Assembly (NCBI GenBank): GCA_049177215.1
Contig: CP185379.1
Coordinates: 203,046 to 267,045, forward strand
Origin: Candidatus Pollutiaquabacter aromativorans
GTDB taxonomy: Bacteria; Bacteroidota; Bacteroidia; AKYH767-A; 2013-40CM-41-45
Direction: 5' to 3'
DNA: 64,000 nt
Shown: positions 29,069-36,362 of the stretch, one piece after another
Position numbering within the stretch: the first letter of the stretch is position 1
Layout: every line of letters starts with the position of its first letter
Translations under genes and position numbers: made by a program
Notes under the pieces: model-generated
What the model was told of the DNA's origin: nothing
What the model saw: the letters and a program-made list of their open reading frames with translations, nothing else
Databases searched by the model: none

Positions 29069-29926
29069 ATGAAATTCCGCATCCTGTTGGTTCTCCTGCT
29101 CGTCGCACTGGCCGGCAACGTTTCCGCCCAAACCGGCGGCCCGAACGTGCTCGACGGCGTCTACGTGAAGGAGCATACCATCGAACGCACTCCGCTGCCT
29201 TACGCTTACCTGCGCGAGGCGGACGTAATGTGGAGCAAACGGATCTGGCGCATCATCGATCTCAACGAGAAGATGAACCTGCCGCTCAAGTACCCGCTGA
29301 GCAAGCAGACCCAGGACCGCAAATCGCTGATCGACCTGGTGATGGACGCCGTTCAGGAGGGTTCGCTCACCGCGTACACCTTCGCCGACGACGAATTCAC
29401 GGCACCGGTCACGATGAAGGAAGTGGAGTCACGCGGCGGCGCACGGACCGATACGGTCAAGATGCAGCGTCCGGAACCTCCCTATGACGAATACGATACG
29501 ATCATCGCGCGGGAATTCTCCCGTGACAAGGTGATCGGGTTCCGTATGAAGGAAGACTGGTTCTTCGACAAGCAGCGTTCGGTCATGGAAGTCCGCATCA
29601 TCGGCATCGCGCCGCTGATCTACGCGGTCGACCAGGACGGAAACGTGCGCGAAGGCAACATCAAGATCCCGCTGTTCTGGATCTACTATCCGGAAGCGCG
29701 CAAGCTGTTCGCCAACGCCGAAGTCTTCAACCGTTCCAATGACGCCGAGCGACGCTCGTTCGACGACATCTTCCAAAAGCGACTCTTTGCTTCGTACATC
29801 TACAAGGAGTCCAACGTGTACGACCGTCGTATCGACGACTACAAACAGGGCATGAACGCCTTGCTGGAGTCGGAGCGGATCAAGACGGAGATCACGAATA
29901 TGGAACACGATATGTGGGAATTCTAA
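29069..29926 (+). CDS. gldN: Gliding motility/T9SS protein GldN (PorN)
   Basis: 285 aa with a signal peptide. It sits directly after gldM, and the size and the MWSKRIWRIIDL.EKMN block are typical of GldN. Confidence 0.85.
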   Translation: MKFRILLVLLLVALAGNVSAQTGGPNVLDGVYVKEHTIERTPLPYAYLREADVMWSKRIWRIIDLNEKMNLPLKYPLSKQTQDRKSLIDLVMDAVQEGSLTAYTFADDEFTAPVTMKEVESRGGARTDTVKMQRPEPPYDEYDTIIAREFSRDKVIGFRMKEDWFFDKQRSVMEVRIIGIAPLIYAVDQDGNVREGNIKIPLFWIYYPEARKLFANAEVFNRSNDAERRSFDDIFQKRLFASYIYKESNVYDRRIDDYKQGMNALLESERIKTEITNMEHDMWEF

Positions 29927-29954
29927 CACCGGAAAGTCCGGTTGACAATGGTAG

Positions 29955-29987
29955 ACACCGGTCGCAGTTGCGGCCGGTGTTTTTTTA
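29955..29987 (+). terminator. Rho-independent terminator after gldN (between convergent gldN and ispH)
   Basis: An 11-bp stem acaccggtcgc / gcggccggtgt (one mismatch) with loop agtt, followed by T7. Confidence 0.78.
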
Positions 29988-29997
29988 TTCCCGAAAA

Positions 29998-30865
29998 TCA
30001 AAAGGAGTGCAAACGGTCGCGAACGGCTTCCATCAGCCACATCGGCGTGGAGGTAGCGCCACAGATGCCGACCCGGTCGTTCGGCGAAAACCACCCTGCC
30101 TGCACTTCGTCCGGTCGGCTGACGAAGAAAGTACCATTGTTTACCGCCTTGCAGACGTCGTACAAGACCTTCCCGTTGGAGGATTTTATACCGGATACGA
30201 AAACGATCTTGTCGAATGCGGCGGCGAATTGCCGCAACTGCTGATCGCGGTTGGAGACCTGCCTGCAGGTGGTGTCGTTCAGCTCCACTTCGATGCCGCG
30301 CGCGGTGAGCGCTTCGTAAATGCGATAGAATTTCTCGGTGCTCTTCGTCGTCTGGCTGTACAGGGATACGCTGCGGGGCAGGGTGTCGAAGTCGAGCTCC
30401 TCGAGCGACTGGAACACGATGACGTTCTTCGCCTTCACCTGGCCGATCAGGCCTTCCACTTCCGCGTGACCGCGCTTGCCGTAGATCAGGATGTCGCGTT
30501 CCTCATCGGCCGACTGACGTACCCGGTTTTGGAGTTTCAGCACGACCGGGCAGGAGGCGTCGATCAGGGTCAGGTTGTTTTCGATCGCGATCTGGTAGGT
30601 GGAAGGCGGTTCTCCGTGGGCCCGGATGAGGACATGCACATTGTGCAAATCCGCGGAGTTCGTCGTGGGTGATCGTCCGGAGTCCCTTTTGACGCAGACG
30701 TTCGATCTCCGCGTCATTGTGAACGATGTCGCCCAGACAGAACAGCCGACCTTCCGCAGCGAGGATCTCCTCGGCCAGTTGGATGGCATAAACGACACCG
30801 AAGCAAAAGCCGGAACCGGGATCAATGGTGACCGTTAGGCGAAGGCGCGGAAGCGTCTGGATCAA
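29998..30865 (-). pseudogene. ispH: 4-hydroxy-3-methylbut-2-enyl diphosphate reductase IspH/LytB, reading frame interrupted by an apparent 1-nt insertion
   Basis: ORF 30503..30865 gives the IspH N-terminus (TIDPGSGFCFGVVYAIQLAEE...LGDIVHNDAEIERLRQKGLRTITHDEL) and then runs out of frame. ORF 29998..30825 supplies the rest (ADLHNVHVLIRAHGEPPSTY...IDASCPVVLK...SGIKSSNG...GICGATSTP). Minus-strand gaactcCgcggatttg would read E-L-A-D-L if one C were removed (plus-strand G655/G656). Confidence 0.85.
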
Positions 30866-31541
30866 GGCGGAGGCGGCGTTTGAAGTTCTCGAACAGGATC
30901 ACGTTCATCAACAGCAACAACAGGGTGTACTGCGTGTCTTCCACCGGAATGGTGAACAACCGGATGCCCAGGTTCTCGGTGTCGTCGTACGTGACTACCG
31001 GCAGGGCAGTCAGTAATCCGTTCACCAGCAGGAACGGGATCAGACTGACGAGGTAGCAGCGGATGAATTTCCCCATCCAGGCATAATCGCGGTACCAGGC
31101 ATACGCCAGCAGGACCGCGGTCAGCGTCAGTTTGATCCCGGTATACAACCGGTCGTAGCCAAGGGCGGCAACGAACAGGAGGATAACAACCCATGCGCCG
31201 GTAATGTTTCGGGCGTGCCGGCTAAAGGGTTCCCTCGGCAGGAGGTAGTTGAGCGAAGCGTAAATGAACAGGCAGGAATAAGGTATGGTGATGAAAAAAA
31301 GCCATTCTTCCATCGGCAACCCCCACCAGTAAATGCCCAGTACATACTTCGGATTGAAACCCCAGACGTCCCAGGCAGCCAGGTAATGGTCCCAGACGAT
31401 GAAGAAGACCAGGGTGATCAGCAGCGCGGGCAACAGCGCCTTCCATTGCCGGTAAAAGCGCAGCCGGGGTTCGAAGGAGGCGATGAAGGGCACCAGAATG
31501 GAACCCAGGTTGATGAGTAGATAGGTGTAGCGCGGGTCCAT
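30822..31541 (-). CDS. Lycopene cyclase domain protein (fused CrtYc/CrtYd type)
   Basis: From the ATG at 31541 the protein is MDPRYTYLLINLGSILVPFIASFEP...WDHYLAAWDVWGFNPKY...PMEEWLFFITIPY, a two-repeat polytopic protein typical of heterodimeric-type lycopene cyclases. It sits in a crt gene context. Confidence 0.7.
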   Translation of the reverse strand: MDPRYTYLLINLGSILVPFIASFEPRLRFYRQWKALLPALLITLVFFIVWDHYLAAWDVWGFNPKYVLGIYWWGLPMEEWLFFITIPYSCLFIYASLNYLLPREPFSRHARNITGAWVVILLFVAALGYDRLYTGIKLTLTAVLLAYAWYRDYAWMGKFIRCYLVSLIPFLLVNGLLTALPVVTYDDTENLGIRLFTIPVEDTQYTLLLLLMNVILFENFKRRLRLDPDASAPSPNGHH

Positions 31542-31543
31542 GC

Positions 31544-32032
31544 TTACGGCAGACAACAGACTAATTCCGCCCGCGTGCATTGATGTTGAGCGAGTAGGAA
31601 CTGCGCGATTTCATTGCGCAGTGAAATGTCACGCAGGAACGGCAAGCCCTGGAGGATCACGCGACGGTCTTCTTCCAGGTCGTTGCTCATGCCGAGGAAT
31701 TTCGGAAGGTTGAGTTGAATGGCAAGCCGTAGGTACCGGATCTCTACATTACCAGGATCCGCAGCAATCGCTTTTTGGAAGACTTCCGAAGATTGCTTGC
31801 AATGACTGAGCTTGGTGTAGGGGTTCAGCGCATACTTGCCCAGCAGCGCCGTCGTTGCGGCAAAGTAGGCTTGCAAAACGGGCTGGTCTTGCTGACTGCT
31901 GAGTGTTTTTATCAGTTGTTCCGCTACGGCCTCGTCCTGACTCGCTTGCCGGAATAGTTTGCGCACTTCTTCCGGTTGAATGGCGGCGGATAGGAGGGGT
32001 AGCAATAAGAAGAGTAGGATGGACCCGCGCAT
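31544..32032 (-). CDS. Hypothetical secreted helical protein embedded in the carotenoid operon
   Basis: 162 aa from the ATG at 32032 (MRGSILLFLLLPLLSAAIQ...), with a signal-peptide-like N-terminus. The gene is packed 2 nt from the crtB stop and 2 nt from the cyclase start. The longer listed ORF 31544..32458 runs through crtB in another frame and is not credible upstream of 32032. Confidence 0.5.
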   Translation of the reverse strand: MRGSILLFLLLPLLSAAIQPEEVRKLFRQASQDEAVAEQLIKTLSSQQDQPVLQAYFAATTALLGKYALNPYTKLSHCKQSSEVFQKAIAADPGNVEIRYLRLAIQLNLPKFLGMSNDLEEDRRVILQGLPFLRDISLRNEIAQFLLAQHQCTRAELVCCLP

Positions 32033-32034
32033 GA

Positions 32035-32874
32035 TCAGACCAGCTTGAAACGATGGCGCAACCAGGTTTGGATCAGCAACAGGAATTTTTGCGTATTGGG
32101 TACGCGAATGCGCTCCTGCCGTATGCGTTGCGCGGGAAGCAGGCGGATTTTCCGGAACAGGGCCCGGTAGTAAATGTAGGCAACCATGACCCCAAGCCGG
32201 GCGCCTTTCGGCAATGCATGAATGCCGGGAAGCGCGGCCGTAAAATCCGCTTCGATGTCGGCTTCGATCTGTTGCTTCGCGGCATTGTCGAAACGGGAAA
32301 AGTCGACGCCGGGGAAATAGACGCGACCCCGCTCGTCGAAGTCGCTTCGGATGTCGCGGAGGAAATTCACCTTTTGAAACGCTGCCCCCAGGCGGCGGGC
32401 CGGCTCCCGCAGCGACTGGTACGCTTGCTCGTCGCCCGCGCAAAAGACGCGCAGGCACATCAGGCCCACCACTTCGGCGGAACCGTAGATGTATTCGTGG
32501 TAGAGGTTCTGATCATAATGAACCGGTTGGAGGTCCATCTCCATGCTGTGCAGGAACGCGTCGATCAATTCACGTTCGATCGCGTAGCGGTGTACGACAT
32601 CCTGGAAGGCGTGCAGGACGGTATTCGTACTCACCCGGTCGCGCAGGGCGGCATCGGTCTCCGCTTTGAACTTTTCGAGTAAGGCGGATTTGTCGTGACC
32701 GTGAAAGGTGTCCACGATCTCGTCCGCCAGCCGCACAAAACCATAGATCGCGTAGATCGCGGGATGGTAGGAACGATCCAGCATGTGGATCCCGAGCGAA
32801 AACGAGGTGCTGTAATCGCGCGTGATCGTCTTGCTGAGCTTATAGCACGTTTCCGTGTACTGCTGCATGCTCAT
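32035..32874 (-). CDS. crtB: Phytoene synthase
   Basis: Squalene/phytoene synthase blocks are present: YSTSFSLGI, YGFVRLADEIVD, YIYGSAEVVGLMC and FQKVNFLRDIRSD. The first ATG is at 32874, and the listed ORF starts at a TTG at 32889. Confidence 0.9.
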   Translation of the reverse strand: MSMQQYTETCYKLSKTITRDYSTSFSLGIHMLDRSYHPAIYAIYGFVRLADEIVDTFHGHDKSALLEKFKAETDAALRDRVSTNTVLHAFQDVVHRYAIERELIDAFLHSMEMDLQPVHYDQNLYHEYIYGSAEVVGLMCLRVFCAGDEQAYQSLREPARRLGAAFQKVNFLRDIRSDFDERGRVYFPGVDFSRFDNAAKQQIEADIEADFTAALPGIHALPKGARLGVMVAYIYYRALFRKIRLLPAQRIRQERIRVPNTQKFLLLIQTWLRHRFKLV

Positions 32875-34336
32875 GTTCGATGCGTTCAACGGCCAGGCGC
32901 GAACTGATCACCACCATCGGCAGACCGGTGCCGGGAGTCGTGGACGCGCCCACGTAATATAGGTTTTCAAAGGACTCGTCTTTGTTTGATGGCCGGAACC
33001 CGCCGACCTGGTTCAATCCGTGCGCCAGACCAAGCCCGCTGCCGCGGTAGAGGTTGAATTTTTCTTCCCAATCGAGCGGCGTCCAGATGGTACGCGTCAC
33101 GGTGTTCGCGACGAAGTCGAAGCCGGTACGTTGCGACAGATCACGCAGTATGGTGTCGGCAAGCTTGTCCGAGTCGCTCCAGTCGGGCTTGTAGCGCAGG
33201 TCCGGTACCGGACACAGCACGAAGATGTTTTCGCAGCCTTCCGGCGCGCAGGCCGGATTCGATTTGCTGCTGACGTTGACGTAGTAGTACGGTTTCTCCG
33301 GAGCTACGGCGGTGCGGAAGATGTTATCCGCGTACTCCTTGAAATTACTGCCGAGGAAATAGTTGTGGTGGATCAGGCCTTCCGGCTTGCCTTTCACACC
33401 GAGGTAGATCGTAAAGGGCGCCAGGGTCCATTCCATCCGGTCCAGCCGCTCCGGCGCGAATCGCGGACGTTTCAGGATCTGTCCCCGGAAGGCGGCCGCG
33501 TCGCCGTTGCAGACGAACAGGTCGGCCGTCCAGCGATGACCGCGCTGATCCACGAAGGCTTTCAGCTCGCCGTTCTCGTTTTCGAATTGTCGGATCTCGG
33601 TGTTGTAATGGATCTTCACGCCGCGCTCTTCCAACAGCCGGACGAGCGTCTCGGTAATGCGGTACATGCCGCCTTTCACATTCCAATAACCGTCGTGCTC
33701 CAGTTCGGTATAATTCAACAGGCTGTAAACCGCCGGAGTATCGAAGGGCGTCGAACCCAGGAAGAACGCGACGAGCGAAAAGATCACCTTCGCTTCTTCG
33801 GAGTCGAAGGTGTTGTCGAGCTCTTTCCACATCGAGCGGAACATCATCGGGCCGTGACGCAAAGGAACCCGGGTGAGTTGGAGGAGATAGTCGAGCTTGT
33901 TGCGGAAGTTTCGCCGGATGACAATGTCCTCCGTATCGTGGAACAGCCGCTTCGCCGTTCCGATGTACTTGCCGAGTTTTTTCGGGAAGTCGTTTTCCAG
34001 TCCCGCGAATTCGGCTGCCAGTTTTTCCACATCCTTATAGATGAGAAACGGCTTTTTCCGATGGGCGAAGTTGACGGAGTAAACCGGATTCAGTTCTTCC
34101 AGCTCGAGCGGATTGGAAATCCCGCAGTCGCGGAACAATTCCGTGAACTCGTAGCTCATGCTGAAGAACGAAGGACCCACGTCGAAGGTGAATCCGTCCT
34201 TTTCCAACTGGTTCAGTCGACCACCGGCGCGCCCGTGCTTCTCGACCATCTCCACCTGGTAACCCCGGCAAGCCAGCCGCAAGGCGGTTGCCAATCCACC
34301 CAGACCGGTTCCGATGATCAGTACTTTTTTCGACAT
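32840..34336 (-). CDS. crtI: Phytoene desaturase
   Basis: 498 aa. It has the N-terminal FAD fold KKVLIIGTGLGGLATALRLACRGYQVEMVEK and the C-terminal YYVGASTTPGTGLPMV motif. Confidence 0.9.
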   Translation of the reverse strand: MSKKVLIIGTGLGGLATALRLACRGYQVEMVEKHGRAGGRLNQLEKDGFTFDVGPSFFSMSYEFTELFRDCGISNPLELEELNPVYSVNFAHRKKPFLIYKDVEKLAAEFAGLENDFPKKLGKYIGTAKRLFHDTEDIVIRRNFRNKLDYLLQLTRVPLRHGPMMFRSMWKELDNTFDSEEAKVIFSLVAFFLGSTPFDTPAVYSLLNYTELEHDGYWNVKGGMYRITETLVRLLEERGVKIHYNTEIRQFENENGELKAFVDQRGHRWTADLFVCNGDAAAFRGQILKRPRFAPERLDRMEWTLAPFTIYLGVKGKPEGLIHHNYFLGSNFKEYADNIFRTAVAPEKPYYYVNVSSKSNPACAPEGCENIFVLCPVPDLRYKPDWSDSDKLADTILRDLSQRTGFDFVANTVTRTIWTPLDWEEKFNLYRGSGLGLAHGLNQVGGFRPSNKDESFENLYYVGASTTPGTGLPMVVISSRLAVERIEHEHAAVHGNVL

Positions 34337-34388
34337 GGTTCAGGCGTTTTGGTGAACAGGTAGGGCAACAAGGTTGGTGCGGAATTGT

Positions 34389-34847
34389 TCAATCCTGGTT
34401 GACGCGCCAATGACGTTTGTTAAAGAGCAACAAGCCGAACTCTTCGCCGTCTTCCTTGCCCATTTTCTTATGATGCACCTTGTGCGCTTTGCGCATGGCG
34501 CGGAAATAGGAATTGTCCAGTTTGTCCAGCCACTTGCCCCGACGATGAATGAACACATCGTGCAGCATGAAATAGGTGAAGCCGTACGCGGTGACACCAA
34601 GCCCCATCCAGAATCGAAAATCAAGTTGCTCCCAGCCGAAATACATCAGCACCATCGCGATCGTCGCGTAGAAGAGGAAAAAGAAATCATTCCGCTCGAA
34701 CACGCCGTGACGCGGTTGGTGATGCGACTCGTGCAGGATCCAAAGAAAACCATGCATCACATATTTATGCGTAGCCCATGCTACCCCTTCCATGGCGAAA
34801 TAGGATGTCAGGAAGGCAAGGACATTGATCCAAATGCTGTTTTCCAT
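34389..34847 (-). CDS. crtZ: Beta-carotene hydroxylase
   Basis: 152 aa. The histidine boxes HKYVMHGFLWILHESHHQPR, HDVFIHRR and HKVHHK match the CrtZ/fatty-acid-hydroxylase pattern. Confidence 0.85.
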   Translation of the reverse strand: MENSIWINVLAFLTSYFAMEGVAWATHKYVMHGFLWILHESHHQPRHGVFERNDFFFLFYATIAMVLMYFGWEQLDFRFWMGLGVTAYGFTYFMLHDVFIHRRGKWLDKLDNSYFRAMRKAHKVHHKKMGKEDGEEFGLLLFNKRHWRVNQD

Positions 34848-34886
34848 CTTGCGAAGTTACGGCTTCTCGTCGCACAACAGTAATTA

Positions 34887-34918
34887 GTTGAAATTCAAAT
34901 AATTAATGAATTATCAAC
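34887..34918. promoter_or_regulatory. Imperfect inverted repeat in the divergent crtZ / PAS-gene promoter region (candidate operator)
   Basis: gttgaaattca (34887-34897) and tgaattatcaac (34907-34918) are reverse complements apart from one inserted base. The repeat lies in an AT-rich 185-nt spacer. Confidence 0.3.
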
Positions 34919-35032
34919 GACCGGACTTGTTGACAACTTGACTGATGAAGTGTAACAAAAGAAGTGTGCTAAAGTTCAGAGACTTGGTATTTTCACGGCG
35001 TGAAGTCCCTTTCATCCTGCGCGGACTTTACT

Positions 35033-36127
35033 ATGGAGCAATATTCGTATTACGACAAGTTGATCGACCAGACACCGGATGTGTTTTGCATCCTGCGTGG
35101 TCAGGGACAGATCATTTATTGCGGATCAAGTTCGCGAAAACTGCTGGGTTACGATCCGGAGGCGATCGTGGGGCGGAATGCCTTGCGTTACCTGCATCCC
35201 GCCGAACGTCATCAGGCACGGCTGCGCCATTCCGTACTCCTGGCCTATCCGGGCAATCGGGTTACCGCCGATTACCGCGTCCTGGACGCGCACGGCGAGT
35301 ATCGTTGGATGGAGTGCATCTTCAACAACATGCTCAACCTCCCGCAGATCGACGGCATCCTCGTCCAACTGCGCGATGTCACCGACCGCAAGAACTTCGA
35401 ACTTCAGCTGGAAGAATCCGAAGAGCGTTTCCGCATTTTCATGAACAACGCGCCCACGGTCTCCATGATCAAGGATGAAGAAGGACGCCTGGTGTTCGTC
35501 AATGCCAACTTTGAACGCTACTTCCGTGTGTTGTCAAAAGACGCGCTGGGCATGACGCTCGGGGAGCTGCTTCCGAACGGCTACTGGGCCGAATCGGAGG
35601 ATAACGATCGGATCGTCCTTAACTATGGAAAGTCCGTCGAGTTCTTCGAACGGACCCTTACGCCGGACGGCATAGAGCGTGAGTGGATCGTGTACAAATT
35701 TCCAGTGCCCCAATCGAACGGCAAGACCTTCATCGGCTGTTCGGCGATGGACATCACCAAATGGTCCAGCCTCGACCGCGAACGCGTCACCGCCGAGCAG
35801 AAGTTCAAAACGATCTTCGAATACAGCCCCGATCCGATCTTCATTGAAAACGAAGACGGAATCATCATCGACGCCAACCGCAAGGCCTGCGAGCTCCAGG
35901 GCATGAACTACCTCGAACTCGTCGGCAAACGCATCACCGATCTCGCGCCGCCGGACCGCCACGAGGAATTGTGGAGCGATTTCAGCAAGCTTTGGAGCGG
36001 GCAATTGTCAAGGATCGACAGCTACTCCTGGTCCACCAGCGGGCGCGTGATCCCGGTCGCCATCAGCACGGCTCGTATCCGGCACATGGATCAACCCTGC
36101 CTGTTACTGTCGTTGCGCGAACGGTGA
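35033..36127 (+). CDS. PAS-domain-only sensor protein (three PAS/PAC repeats, no recognisable output domain)
   Basis: ~364 aa from the ATG at 35033. PAS-like blocks repeat three times: DVFCILRGQGQIIYCGSS..., FRIFMNNAPTVSMIKDEEGRLVFVNANFERYF and FKTIFEYSPDPIFIENEDGIIIDANRKACELQG. The protein ends without a kinase, GGDEF or HTH domain. Confidence 0.7.
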   Translation: MEQYSYYDKLIDQTPDVFCILRGQGQIIYCGSSSRKLLGYDPEAIVGRNALRYLHPAERHQARLRHSVLLAYPGNRVTADYRVLDAHGEYRWMECIFNNMLNLPQIDGILVQLRDVTDRKNFELQLEESEERFRIFMNNAPTVSMIKDEEGRLVFVNANFERYFRVLSKDALGMTLGELLPNGYWAESEDNDRIVLNYGKSVEFFERTLTPDGIEREWIVYKFPVPQSNGKTFIGCSAMDITKWSSLDRERVTAEQKFKTIFEYSPDPIFIENEDGIIIDANRKACELQGMNYLELVGKRITDLAPPDRHEELWSDFSKLWSGQLSRIDSYSWSTSGRVIPVAISTARIRHMDQPCLLLSLRER

Positions 36128-36157
36128 TCCTGTGATCGAACAAAAGCGATAAAAAAC

Positions 36158-36186
36158 AAAAAGCTCCGACTATTCGGAGCTTTTTT
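36158..36186. terminator. Bidirectional rho-independent terminator
   Basis: aaaaa-gctccga-ctat-tcggagc-tttttt lies between the PAS gene (+) and tRNA-Arg (-). Confidence 0.8.
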
Positions 36187-36211
36187 GTTGATAATCAGTT
36201 GCTTGGATCTG

Positions 36212-36283
36212 CGGTCTCACTAGGAGTCGAACCTAGATCAAAGGCTTCGGAGGCCTCTATACTATCCATTGTACTATGAGACC
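36212..36283 (-). tRNA. tRNA-Arg (anticodon CCG)
   Basis: I folded the cloverleaf by hand. The acceptor is GGTCTCA/TGAGACC, the D-arm GTAC..GTAT, the anticodon stem GAGGC/GCCTT with loop CTCCGAA, and the T-arm CTAGG-TTCGACT-CCTAG. It is 72 nt and CCA is not encoded. Confidence 0.85.
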
Positions 36284-36362
36284 AATGGCGGTTTTTCAAC
36301 CGTTTTGCAAAGGTAACATCCTTCCGGCGAATCATCAACCTTTCCGCAGCGGGATCGCGGCC

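Noticed and set aside
31544-32458. The 304-aa ORF as listed in the track.
   Set aside because: Its first ~140 codons run through crtB in a different frame (Arg/Pro/Gly-rich). Only the part from the ATG at 32032 is plausible as a gene.
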